Source of the DNA: a virus
Lineage: Duplodnaviria; Heunggongvirae; Uroviricota; Caudoviricetes
DNA length: 64,000 nucleotides
Direction: 5' to 3' (one strand)
IMG/VR virus record: IMGVR_UViG_3300023184_000031
Location: 42,256-106,255 of that record
Shown here piece by piece: positions 39,555 to 49,090 of the stretch. Made by a program: the position numbers and the translations under genes. Numbering within the stretch: the stretch's first letter is position 1; the number at the start of each line of letters is the position of its first letter. The notes under the pieces are model-generated. The model was not told where the DNA came from, did not search any database, and worked only from the letters and a program-made list of their open reading frames with translations.

Positions 39555-40847
39555 ATGTTTTACATTATAGAAAGACAAGAGCAATTAGATAAATTAGGTC
39601 CGTTTAATGATTGCTTCGTACAATTCATTCAACAAAACGATAATTACCATCCCAAATTAAGCCCACTAAGTTTAATTTATGTTCGTGATATAACACAACA
39701 TAAAGGGTATATGTTATGCTTAGATCACAATGAATCATTTGCATTAGATAAACAAACAACATTAAATTGGTTATTAGGTAATACTGATAGAATGTTTGTA
39801 CTAAATAAAAAAGAATCACTGTATCATTTTAGCTACCCAGACAAACTATTCGACATCAACTTTATTGAATTTCCAGACCTAACAGGCGTATTCACACCAT
39901 GTCATACATTCTATTACAAACAACACACAGCAAGTCCAATAACAAATAAACTAATTCCAATTAGTAAACATTATGAAGAATGCGAGAAAATGTTTGATGT
40001 AGTACTTCCAATAATACAAAAGTTCCGATCAGATAACGTTGTTTATGTGTTTAATAATGGCCCTTTAACGCGTGTGTTTCACACTATAGAGTCAAATGGT
40101 ATTAAGGTAGATAAACAATGCTTTATTGATGCTTATGGCGCTAACTTATCATACCCACAATTAAATCTTAGCAAAGGTAGAATATACAGTCAATACAACT
40201 TATACACATTAACAGGCAGACCATCAAACACATACAACAGCATTAATTTTGCTGCATTAGATAAAAATAGTGGTGAGCGTTTATGCTACAGACCCACAAA
40301 TGATACATTCTATGAATTTGATATTCAGGGGTATCATCCACGCATATTAGGTGATATGGTTGATTTTAACTTCGGTGATAGAAACACATATGAGCTACTA
40401 AGTGAATTATTAGGTGTATCAGCACAAGAAGCTAAGGAATTAACATTCAAACAATTTTATGGTGGTGTGTGGGCTGAATATAGAGATCAACCATTTTTTA
40501 GAGACATAGTAACACTAACAGACGGCATATGGGATGAATATAATTATAACAGAGCATATCCCACTAGGAACCGGATATTTATACATGACCCTGACATGAC
40601 TCAATCAAAGTTATTGAATTACATAATCCAAAGTTATGAGACTTCAACCAATGTTGCGATGTTAGATAACATATTGAATTACCTAAGCGATAAGAAAACT
40701 AAATTAGTGTTATACACGTATGATGCATTCTTATTTGACTACAGTAAGGAAGATGGCAAAGACCTATTAACAACATTAAAAAGTATGATACACTATCCCA
40801 TTAACATTAAACATGGTAAATCATACCACGGTTTAGAAAAACTATAA
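39555..40847 (+). CDS. Short family-A DNA polymerase-like protein
   Basis: TLTGRPS (motif 2), FDIQGYHPR (motif A), AKELTFKQFYG (motif B), YTYDAFLF (motif C). Confidence 0.8.
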   Translation: MFYIIERQEQLDKLGPFNDCFVQFIQQNDNYHPKLSPLSLIYVRDITQHKGYMLCLDHNESFALDKQTTLNWLLGNTDRMFVLNKKESLYHFSYPDKLFDINFIEFPDLTGVFTPCHTFYYKQHTASPITNKLIPISKHYEECEKMFDVVLPIIQKFRSDNVVYVFNNGPLTRVFHTIESNGIKVDKQCFIDAYGANLSYPQLNLSKGRIYSQYNLYTLTGRPSNTYNSINFAALDKNSGERLCYRPTNDTFYEFDIQGYHPRILGDMVDFNFGDRNTYELLSELLGVSAQEAKELTFKQFYGGVWAEYRDQPFFRDIVTLTDGIWDEYNYNRAYPTRNRIFIHDPDMTQSKLLNYIIQSYETSTNVAMLDNILNYLSDKKTKLVLYTYDAFLFDYSKEDGKDLLTTLKSMIHYPINIKHGKSYHGLEKL

Positions 40848-40853
40848 ATATTT

Positions 40854-41288
40854 ATGGCGGAACAACTAAATGGATTCTTTGATTTGAACAAACTATTCTG
40901 TACATTTACCTCTCCTGCTGACCTGGAGGAAACTGTATCCACAATCAACAAGCGTTATTCAATATTATTCAGCAAGATCTTCATACTAGAATCACCACAA
41001 AGTGATGAACTAATATGTACTTATAATATTGATACAGGAAATATGGCACAACAGCCAATGGCTCACACTATCCTATTGCATCGCAAAAAGGAAAGTAATA
41101 CACTGTATACTATCAATGCATTAAACACGTTGATTAGGTCGTTGAATGGTGGACGTTTAAATAAGAATTTCATTATTGAATGGAGCGGCTACAAAAATTG
41201 CATATTATTAACTAATGGTCCCGATATTCGTCGTTTAGATACAGCTATTCATAAAATTATTGATTTTAGTAGACAACAATATTTATAG
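40854..41288 (+). CDS. Hypothetical protein
   Basis: 144-aa ORF; no recognised motif. Confidence 0.6.
   Translation: MAEQLNGFFDLNKLFCTFTSPADLEETVSTINKRYSILFSKIFILESPQSDELICTYNIDTGNMAQQPMAHTILLHRKKESNTLYTINALNTLIRSLNGGRLNKNFIIEWSGYKNCILLTNGPDIRRLDTAIHKIIDFSRQQYL
41279..41286 (+). promoter_or_regulatory. ATATTTAT motif inside the replication region
   Basis: Directly precedes the RMQQLAG-tagged ORF. Confidence 0.5.
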
Positions 41289-41291
41289 TAT

Positions 41292-41555
41292 ATGAAACAA
41301 CCTATCAACGAAATCAAAAGAATGCAGCAATTAGCTGGATTGATTAAAGAAAATAAATCATTTGATTACCAGGAAGATAAAATTGTAATGGATGATGATA
41401 CTAAAGATGCTATTTTAGATGATGAAGAATTACAACAATTTATCACTCCTAAATCATTTGTTAGAAATAAAATGGGTCAAATAGTTTTATGGGTTGATTG
41501 GATGGAACCTGAACAATTTGATAAGTTGGCAAAGTTCTTAGGAATAGAGTATTAA
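41292..41555 (+). CDS. Hypothetical protein with N-terminal INEIKRMQQLAGLIKE tag
   Basis: 20-nt identity (AACGAAATCAAAAGAATGCA) with the 5' end of the 1370 ORF. Confidence 0.7.
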   Translation: MKQPINEIKRMQQLAGLIKENKSFDYQEDKIVMDDDTKDAILDDEELQQFITPKSFVRNKMGQIVLWVDWMEPEQFDKLAKFLGIEY

Positions 41556-41568
41556 CATAAATAATAAA

Positions 41569-41588
41569 GAGCCTTCGCAAGAAGGCTC
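41569..41588 (+). terminator. GNRA hairpin, possible terminator
   Basis: GAGCCTTC-GCAA-GAAGGCTC; no clear plus-strand U tract. Confidence 0.45.
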
Positions 41589-41627
41589 AAAATTTGATAT
41601 TTATTATCGACTAAAATACAAATATCG

Positions 41628-42284
41628 ATGATAAATACAACGAAAATCTACCTCGTTACGAATATCAATAACGACCCTAATAAAGTTTACATAGGTAAAA
41701 CTAAGGACAGTAGAGAAAACAAGCACAAAAAATCCTTTGGCTCTCAAATTACTTATACTTATATTGATGAAGTAAATTCCCTTAATAAGGAAGATTGGGA
41801 ACCATTAGAAACAAAATGGATACAACATTATATTAATTTAGGGTATGATGTTGTTAATATTCGTAGGAAAGGAGGAAGTGGACCTGAATATCTAAGTGAA
41901 GAAACTAGACAGAAGAAGAGTAAGGCTATGATTGGTAAAAAACATAGTGAAGAAACACTTCAAAAAATGCGCAAACCTAAGTCTAATACAGACAAAATGC
42001 GTAAACCAAAATCTACTTCTGAAAAACTACGTAAACCTAAAAGTAAACAGCATATACAAAATATGCGTAAACCTAAACCTAAAGAATTTGGGTTAAAAAT
42101 ATCAAAACCTGTACTGCAATATAATATAGATGGTACTTTTATTAAAGAATGGTCTTCAATTAAAGAAGCTAATATCTATACAAAAGTAAACAGAAGCAAC
42201 ATATCAGCATGCTGTAAACATAGATATAAAACAGCAGGTAACTTTATATGGAAATATAAAGATGTTTTGGAAAAGCAAAGTTAG
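41628..42284 (+). mobile_element. GIY-YIG homing endonuclease with NUMOD3-like repeats and NUMOD1 HTH
   Basis: KIYL...KVYIGKT; KKHSEET and KMRKPKS repeats; KPVLQYNIDGTFIKEWSSIKEA...ISACC...GNFIWKY. Confidence 0.88.
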
Positions 42285-42343
42285 AATCATAGATTCAATT
42301 ATTATTCGTGATCATAGATCACTTCATTTAAAACACATATACT

Positions 42344-43168
42344 ATGGACTTAAGTCTCATCAAACAGAAGTTGTCCGCTTCTCAAAACAAAGGACAAAAA
42401 CGTGAAAAGATTGATTATGGAAAGATATTCTGGAAACCTAAACCAGGCAAATATCAGATCCGAATTCTCCCCTCAAAATTTGACAAATCAAATCCGTTTC
42501 GTGAAGTTTACTTCCACTATGGTTTCTCCAAAGGACCAATTTTAGCCCTTACAAACTGGAATGAAAAAGATCCTATTGCTGAATTTGCAAAGAATCTTAG
42601 AAAGTCTGCCGATAAGGAGGACTGGATGCTCGCCAAGAAGATTGAACCAAAACTCCGCTATTTCGTTCCAGTAGTAGTACGTGGTGAAGAAGCACAAGGC
42701 CCTCGCCTATGGGAATTTGGTAAATTGATCTATGAGCAATTGTTAGGTATTGCAGCAGACGAAGATTATGGTGATTTCACAGACATTACTGATGGACGTG
42801 ACTTTACAATCGATGCGGTTGAAGACACAGTTGCTGGTAGAAAAGGTATCAAATGTAACATTCGTGTTAAACCTAAAACATCAGCTATCTCTGAAGATGC
42901 TGCTGTGGTAGAGAAAGCATTGGATGAACAACCAGATATCTTTAGCATCAACAAACACTATTCATTTGATGAATTGAAAGATTTATTGGATAAGTGGTTA
43001 AATCCAGATAGCGAAGAAGATACTGACGCTCCAATCGCATCTAAGGATGAAGAAGAGGAAGATGATTTCCTAGCTGAAATGAATAAGCCAGTAGAACAAA
43101 CCTACAAGCTAGACACTACAGCAGCAAAGACGTCTAACGCAGACAAATTCGACGATTTATTCAGTTAA
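42344..43168 (+). CDS. gp32: Single-stranded DNA-binding protein (T4 gp32-like)
   Basis: FWKPKPG.YQIRILP, D+DITDGRDF pattern, acidic tail ending DKFDDLFS. Confidence 0.85.
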   Translation: MDLSLIKQKLSASQNKGQKREKIDYGKIFWKPKPGKYQIRILPSKFDKSNPFREVYFHYGFSKGPILALTNWNEKDPIAEFAKNLRKSADKEDWMLAKKIEPKLRYFVPVVVRGEEAQGPRLWEFGKLIYEQLLGIAADEDYGDFTDITDGRDFTIDAVEDTVAGRKGIKCNIRVKPKTSAISEDAAVVEKALDEQPDIFSINKHYSFDELKDLLDKWLNPDSEEDTDAPIASKDEEEEDDFLAEMNKPVEQTYKLDTTAAKTSNADKFDDLFS

Positions 43169-43182
43169 TTTAAACAACATTT

Positions 43183-44265
43183 ATGGCAAAAAGTAAGAGC
43201 TCACTGAGTGAGGTGGTAAGCAATTCGCTTAACAAGACATTTGATCTGTCTTCATTCAAAAAGAGCAAGTTTTTAGATCAATCAGTTAAATTCAAACCAC
43301 AAAAATGGATTCAGCTGTCTAAAGCCTTCCAAGATGTCATTTCATTGCCTGGTATTCCGATGGGCCACATCACACTCTTGCGTGGCCACTCGGATACGGG
43401 TAAAACAACAGCAATGCTAGAAGCAGCTGTAGCAGCACAGAAGATGGGTGTATTACCTGTTCTTATTGTAACTGAGATGAAATGGAATTGGGAGCACGCA
43501 CAACAAATGGGTTTTGAAATGGAACCAGTTGTTGATGAAACAACAGGTGAAATTGTAGATTACAAAGGATTCTTCCTATATGTAGATAGAGGTTCACTAA
43601 ACACAATCGAAGATGTAGCTGCATTCATAGCTGATCTATTGAGTGAACAAGCACAAGGCAAATTACCATTTAATTTATGTTTCTTCTGGGATTCAGTAGG
43701 ATCTATACCATGTAGATTATCTGTTGAATCGAATAAGAATAACAACGAATGGAATGCAGGTGCTATGTCTCAGCAGTTTGGTAACTTTATCAACCAAAAG
43801 ATCATATTGTCCCGTAAGGAAAACCAACCATACACTAATACACTGGTAGCAGTTAATAAGGTATGGGTTGCTAAACCAAATTCACCAATGGAACAACCTA
43901 AGATGAAAAATAAGGGCGGTGATACAATGTTCTTTGATTCGTCTTTAGTAGTAACATTTGGTAACATATCAAATAGCGGTACTAGTAAGATTAAAGCAAC
44001 TAAGGATGGTAAGGATGTAGAATTTGCTAAACGTACTAAAATATCAGTTGATAAAAACCACGTTACAGGTGTACAGACAAAAGGTACTGTAACAATGACA
44101 GTACACGGGTTTATTGATGATGATAAGAAAGCAATTGATGTATATAAGAAAGAACATTCTAAAGATTGGTTATCAATATTAGGTACTGATTCATTCGATA
44201 TTGTTGAGGAAGATGAAATGAAAGAAAATTTTGGCGAAATAAATCTAGTAGATATTGAAGAATAA
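43183..44265 (+). CDS. uvsX: RecA/UvsX-like recombinase
   Basis: GIPMGHITLLRGHSDTGKTT Walker A; FFWDSVGS Walker B; KGG..MFF. Confidence 0.88.
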   Translation: MAKSKSSLSEVVSNSLNKTFDLSSFKKSKFLDQSVKFKPQKWIQLSKAFQDVISLPGIPMGHITLLRGHSDTGKTTAMLEAAVAAQKMGVLPVLIVTEMKWNWEHAQQMGFEMEPVVDETTGEIVDYKGFFLYVDRGSLNTIEDVAAFIADLLSEQAQGKLPFNLCFFWDSVGSIPCRLSVESNKNNNEWNAGAMSQQFGNFINQKIILSRKENQPYTNTLVAVNKVWVAKPNSPMEQPKMKNKGGDTMFFDSSLVVTFGNISNSGTSKIKATKDGKDVEFAKRTKISVDKNHVTGVQTKGTVTMTVHGFIDDDKKAIDVYKKEHSKDWLSILGTDSFDIVEEDEMKENFGEINLVDIEE

Positions 44266-45280
44266 ATATAAAGACATATTGTTCCAAGTCAATAATGATC
44301 AGCGTGGAGTCTCAGACTCCATTCTGATTGTTGATGGACTGAATACATTCCTAAGATCATTCACTATGATAAACCACATAAACCCCGATGGTCATCATAT
44401 TGGTGGCTTGACGGGGTTTTTGAAATCAATTGGTTATGCTATCAAAATGATAGAACCAACCAAAGTGGTTATTGTGTTTGATGGTGTGGGTGGTTCAAAC
44501 GCAAAACGAAACTTATATCCTGAATACAAAGCAAACAGGAATAAGAATCGTATGACTAACTATTCTATATTTAGCTCTAAAGATGAAGAGAACGAATCGA
44601 TCAATAATCAGATGGCAAGATTAATTCAGTATCTTCAATGCCTACCAATATCAATGATTTGTATAGATGGTATTGAGGCGGATGATACAATTGGTTATTT
44701 GGTGGGTAAATTTCAAAAACACACATCAACAAACGAGGTAACTATAATGTCTGCTGATGGCGACTTCCTACAGCTAGTATCTGATAAGGTTAAAGTATAT
44801 TCTCCAACCAAAAAGAAAATATACAAACCAGCAGATGTATTAGAAGAGTATAATGTGAGCTGCTATAATTTCGTTAATTATAAGATACTTATGGGCGATA
44901 CAAGTGATAATCTTCCTGGAGTGAATGGGCTTGGGCCAAAGAAATTACTTAAATTATTTCCAGCATTAGCAAGCGACACACCATTACAACTAGCAGATAT
45001 TGTGATTGAAGCAGAATATAAAGTAAATGAACATGCTTTATATGGTAAGATAGTTGAGCGTAAACATCAATTAATAATTAATGAACGGCTAATGAATTTG
45101 CAGACCATACCTATTTCAGACGCTAATGTGGAACAAATACAAGCTAGTTTTAAAGCGCCATATGAATTGAATTCACATATGTTTATGCAAATGTATACTG
45201 CAGACAAGTTAGGCGAATCAATACCTAATACACCATCTTGGTTAAATCAAGTGTTTGGACCTTTAAATTCTTTTAAGTAA
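44255..45280 (+). CDS. 5'-3' exonuclease (PolI N-terminal / T4 RNase H-like)
   Basis: LIVDGLN, VFDG, YPEYKANR, IEADD, SADGDFLQL and GDTSDNLPGV.GLGPK motifs; TTG start. Confidence 0.92.
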   Translation: MKNKYKDILFQVNNDQRGVSDSILIVDGLNTFLRSFTMINHINPDGHHIGGLTGFLKSIGYAIKMIEPTKVVIVFDGVGGSNAKRNLYPEYKANRNKNRMTNYSIFSSKDEENESINNQMARLIQYLQCLPISMICIDGIEADDTIGYLVGKFQKHTSTNEVTIMSADGDFLQLVSDKVKVYSPTKKKIYKPADVLEEYNVSCYNFVNYKILMGDTSDNLPGVNGLGPKKLLKLFPALASDTPLQLADIVIEAEYKVNEHALYGKIVERKHQLIINERLMNLQTIPISDANVEQIQASFKAPYELNSHMFMQMYTADKLGESIPNTPSWLNQVFGPLNSFK

Positions 45281-45286
45281 ATTTAT

Positions 45287-45511
45287 ATGACAGCAAAAGA
45301 AAAAGCAAAAGATCTACTTCATAAGTTCTACTTCTCATTACCAAACAATGGTGGCTTTACAGGACTTTGTAATATCAATCAGAGATGGGAGGAAGGTAAG
45401 ATATGTGCTTTAATAGCACTAAGAGAAACAATTTGGGGGTATCTAGACCAGTACCCTATTGAGATTCAAAACTATTGGCAAGAAGTAAAACAAGAAATAG
45501 AAAAATTATGA
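45287..45511 (+). CDS. Hypothetical protein
   Basis: MTAKEKA...YWQEVKQEIEKL; coupled to the helicase by ATGA. Confidence 0.6.
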   Translation: MTAKEKAKDLLHKFYFSLPNNGGFTGLCNINQRWEEGKICALIALRETIWGYLDQYPIEIQNYWQEVKQEIEKL

Positions 45512-46890
45512 CAACATTAAGTAAGTTAAATCAGTACGGCAACGCGTTTCAGGTAAAGGTACTAGGCGCACTACTAACACAACGAGATTTCCTATTAAAC
45601 ATTGCTGATTCATTAGATAGTGAATACTTTGAATCGCAAGCACATAAGTGGACGATCGAATATATAATAAAATATTTCAACCAGTACCACACATACCCAA
45701 CTATAGAAACATTATCAATTGAAATTAAAAAACTAGATAATGAAGTATTAAGAATATCACTTACAGATTCACTACGTGAAGCATATAAAATGTCTGATGT
45801 AGCTGATTTGGAATGGGTTGAAAAAGAATTTAGTGATTTCTGTAAGAACCAACAGATGAAGAAAGCCATTATGACATCAGTAGATCTACTCAATATGGGT
45901 GATTATGATGGTATTAGAGGTTTGATTAATGATGCAATGAAAGCGGGTGAAGAAAAGAATGTAGGTTTAGATTACAATATAGATATTGAAACAAGATATC
46001 GTGATGATGATCGTCGTGTAATACCATTCCCATGGCAAACATTTAATGATCTTACACAAGGTGGATATGGTAAAGGCGATCTAGTATTATTATTCGGTAA
46101 TCCAGGTGGTGGTAAATCATGGGGCGTAATGGCAATGGGTGCTTACGCAGCAGCATTAGGATATAATGTAGTACACTACACACTAGAATTATCTGAAGGT
46201 TATGTTGGTAAACGTTACGATGCTATATTCTCAGGTATCGATGTTGATAAATTAAAAGATCATCGTGCTGAGGTAGAAGTAGCAATTGGTAAGGTGAAAG
46301 GTAAGATTATGGTTAAGGAATATGCTCCTAAACGAGCATCATTAGATACAATCGAATCACATATACAACAATTAAAACACCAGAACGAATTTGAACCAGA
46401 TATGATTATCATCGATTATCTAGATTTACTACGCACTAAAGGTAGAAAAGAACGTAAAGATGAGATTGATGATGTTTATACTGATGCAAAAGGATTAGCT
46501 AAAGAATTAGGCATACCAGTCATATCACCATCACAAGCAAATAGAACGGGTGCTGAAGAAGGTATTTTACAGGCGAAAAATGCGGCTGGATCTTATGACA
46601 AAATAATGATCGGAGATATTATTATCTCATTAGCTCGCGGCCGTAAAGACAAAGTAAACGGTAGTGGTAATTGGCACTTTATAAAAAATAGATATGGTGC
46701 AGATGGGTTGACTTTTGGTTCAAAAATTAACACAGCAAACGGCTATATTGATATATACACTCAGCCATTAGATGATGAAGCGTTTGAATCAAAAGGCAAT
46801 AATAAGTCATCAAACTCATTCTCAGAAGTAGGAGTAGAAGATAAGTACGTTCTTCGAAGTAAGTTTGCTAAATTTGAAGAAGAAGCGTAG
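45508..46890 (+). CDS. dnaB: DnaB-like replicative helicase (gp41-like)
   Basis: GNPGGGKS, YTLELS, IIIDYLDLL, SQANR and KNRYG motifs; start moved to ATG 45508. Confidence 0.92.
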   Translation: MTTLSKLNQYGNAFQVKVLGALLTQRDFLLNIADSLDSEYFESQAHKWTIEYIIKYFNQYHTYPTIETLSIEIKKLDNEVLRISLTDSLREAYKMSDVADLEWVEKEFSDFCKNQQMKKAIMTSVDLLNMGDYDGIRGLINDAMKAGEEKNVGLDYNIDIETRYRDDDRRVIPFPWQTFNDLTQGGYGKGDLVLLFGNPGGGKSWGVMAMGAYAAALGYNVVHYTLELSEGYVGKRYDAIFSGIDVDKLKDHRAEVEVAIGKVKGKIMVKEYAPKRASLDTIESHIQQLKHQNEFEPDMIIIDYLDLLRTKGRKERKDEIDDVYTDAKGLAKELGIPVISPSQANRTGAEEGILQAKNAAGSYDKIMIGDIIISLARGRKDKVNGSGNWHFIKNRYGADGLTFGSKINTANGYIDIYTQPLDDEAFESKGNNKSSNSFSEVGVEDKYVLRSKFAKFEEEA

Positions 46891-46926
46891 ATTGTATTAT
46901 ATTTATAATTACAAAATCAATAATTT

Positions 46927-47199
46927 ATGTTAGTAGTAAAACGTTATACTGCCGCTTGGTGTCAACCTTGCAAGCAGCTCGCCCCCGTATTTGATCAATT
47001 ACAAAGTGAAATGACAAACGAACCAGACCAGGTTATATTTCAAACAATTGATGTTGATATGAGTAGAGATGAAGCACTAGAAAAAGGCATTTCATCTGTT
47101 CCAACAGTAATATTAGAAAAAAATGGACAACAAGTATATCGTTTTAGTGGTGTTTTACCAAAAACCACAATAGCAGGACTTATCAGACAACATTTATAA
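46927..47199 (+). CDS. trx: Thioredoxin
   Basis: WCQPC active site; SVP cis-Pro. Confidence 0.92.
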   Translation: MLVVKRYTAAWCQPCKQLAPVFDQLQSEMTNEPDQVIFQTIDVDMSRDEALEKGISSVPTVILEKNGQQVYRFSGVLPKTTIAGLIRQHL

Positions 47200-47222
47200 A
47201 CAATTTTAAAGAACAATTAAAA

Positions 47223-49079
47223 ATGAACGTAGAACAAAGTATTCTTAGTGACATCACCGTCTACATGAAGTATGCCAAATACAACTCAGGTCAGAAGCGT
47301 AGAGAAACATGGGAAGAATTAGTAACAAGAAACAAACAAATGCACCAGGAAAAATTTCCACAGTTGCATGATGAAATTGAAAAAGTATATCAGTTAGTGT
47401 ATGAAAAGAAAGTATTGCCTTCAATGCGTTCTCTCCAATTTGCTGGAAGACCCATTGAGCTTAATAATACTCGTATATTTAATTGCTCTTTTCTCCCTAT
47501 TGATGACTGGAGAGCATTTAGTGAAATAATGTTCCTATTATTATCAGGAACAGGAGTGGGTTATAGTGTACAAACACATCACATTGATAACTTACCAGAA
47601 ATAACATTACCAATTAAACACAAGCGCTACTTGGTAGGCGACAGTATTGAAGGGTGGGCGGATGCAGTCAGAATGTTATGTAAAGCGTATTTTACAGGCG
47701 GGGCGCTACCATTATTTGATTTTAGAGATATTCGACCAAAAGGAGCTCAATTAATCACGGTAGGAGGTAAAGCGCCTGGTCCTGAACCATTGAAGGAATG
47801 TCTATTCCAATTGCAGAAAATATTCGATCGTAAAAAAAGCGGAGAAAAACTCACATCAGTAGAAGTACATGATATGGCTTGCCATATAGCAGATGCAGTA
47901 TTATCAGGTGGCATTCGTAGAGCAGCATTAATCGCTCTATTCAACCTAGATGATGAAGGAATGTTAACATGTAAATTCGGTAACTGGTGGGAAGAAAATC
48001 CTCAACGCGGCAGAGCTAATAACTCAGCTGTAGTAATGCGTCATAAAATTGATGAAGAGGAATTTTTCAAACTATGGAAAAAAATCGAACTAAGCGGTTC
48101 AGGCGAGCCAGGTATTTACTTTTCCAATGATAAAGACTGGGGAACAAACCCATGTTGCGAGATTGCACTCCGCCCCTTTCAATTCTGTAACTTGTGTGAA
48201 GTAAATGTTTCGAATGTTGTAGATCAAGCCGATTTGAATGCTAGAGTAGAGGCAGCAGCGTTCATAGGAACACTACAAGCGGCTTATACTGATTTTCATT
48301 ATTTAAGAGATATATGGCGTAAAACAACTGAGAAAGACGCTTTATTAGGTGTTGGAATGACAGGTATTGGATCAGGTGCTGTATTAGATTTAGATTTGAA
48401 GCAAGCAGCTAAAATAGCTGTAGATACAAATGAAATAGTAGCAGCACAAATTGGTGTTAATAAAGCAGCTCGTGTCACTACAGTTAAACCATCAGGTACA
48501 TCATCATTAGTATTAGGAACATCAAGTGGCATTCACGCTTGGCATAACGACTACTATATCAGACGTATTAGAGTAGGTAAGAACGAAGCTATTTATACTC
48601 ACCTAGCTATTCATCATCCTGAATTAGTTGAAGATGATTTCTTCAAACCAACAATACAAGCAGTAATTTCAGTACCACAACGTGCACCAGAAGGATCAAT
48701 CCTAAGAACTGAAAACGTTATTGACATGTTAGAGCGTGTTAAACTATTTAACACAAAGTGGGTTAAGAAAGGACATCGCAAAGGAGCAAATACAAATAAC
48801 GTATCAGCTACTGTATCTGTTAAAACAGATGAATGGGAAAAAGTAGGTAAATGGATGTGGGAAAATAAAGAAACATTTAATGGCTTATCAGTATTACCAT
48901 ATTTCTCATCCGACACAACTTATCCACAATTACCATTTGAAGACATTACTGAAGAGAAATTTAATGAATTAGTACAACACCTACATGGTCTTAATTTAAG
49001 TCAAGTAGTTGAGTTTGATGATAACACAGCATTAGGTGATAACATTGCCTGTGGAGCAGGAGGCTGCGAAATAGTGTAA
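47223..49079 (+). CDS. nrdJ: Class II (B12-dependent, monomeric-type) ribonucleotide reductase
   Basis: LPSMRSLQ, FNCS, GGIRRAA, TNPCCEI, TVKPSGT motifs; C-terminal ACGAGGCEI; no adjacent beta subunit. Confidence 0.9.
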   Translation: MNVEQSILSDITVYMKYAKYNSGQKRRETWEELVTRNKQMHQEKFPQLHDEIEKVYQLVYEKKVLPSMRSLQFAGRPIELNNTRIFNCSFLPIDDWRAFSEIMFLLLSGTGVGYSVQTHHIDNLPEITLPIKHKRYLVGDSIEGWADAVRMLCKAYFTGGALPLFDFRDIRPKGAQLITVGGKAPGPEPLKECLFQLQKIFDRKKSGEKLTSVEVHDMACHIADAVLSGGIRRAALIALFNLDDEGMLTCKFGNWWEENPQRGRANNSAVVMRHKIDEEEFFKLWKKIELSGSGEPGIYFSNDKDWGTNPCCEIALRPFQFCNLCEVNVSNVVDQADLNARVEAAAFIGTLQAAYTDFHYLRDIWRKTTEKDALLGVGMTGIGSGAVLDLDLKQAAKIAVDTNEIVAAQIGVNKAARVTTVKPSGTSSLVLGTSSGIHAWHNDYYIRRIRVGKNEAIYTHLAIHHPELVEDDFFKPTIQAVISVPQRAPEGSILRTENVIDMLERVKLFNTKWVKKGHRKGANTNNVSATVSVKTDEWEKVGKWMWENKETFNGLSVLPYFSSDTTYPQLPFEDITEEKFNELVQHLHGLNLSQVVEFDDNTALGDNIACGAGGCEIV

Positions 49080-49086
49080 TATTTAT
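49079..49086 (+). promoter_or_regulatory. ATATTTAT motif before the kinase-like gene
   Basis: 4 nt before ATG 49091. Confidence 0.45.
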
Positions 49087-49090
49087 TTAT

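Noticed and set aside
1801-49079. Inteins or group I introns in terL, dnaB, polA, recA or nrdJ
   Set aside because: Lengths are normal or short and motifs are contiguous; the only Hint domain is at 23502.
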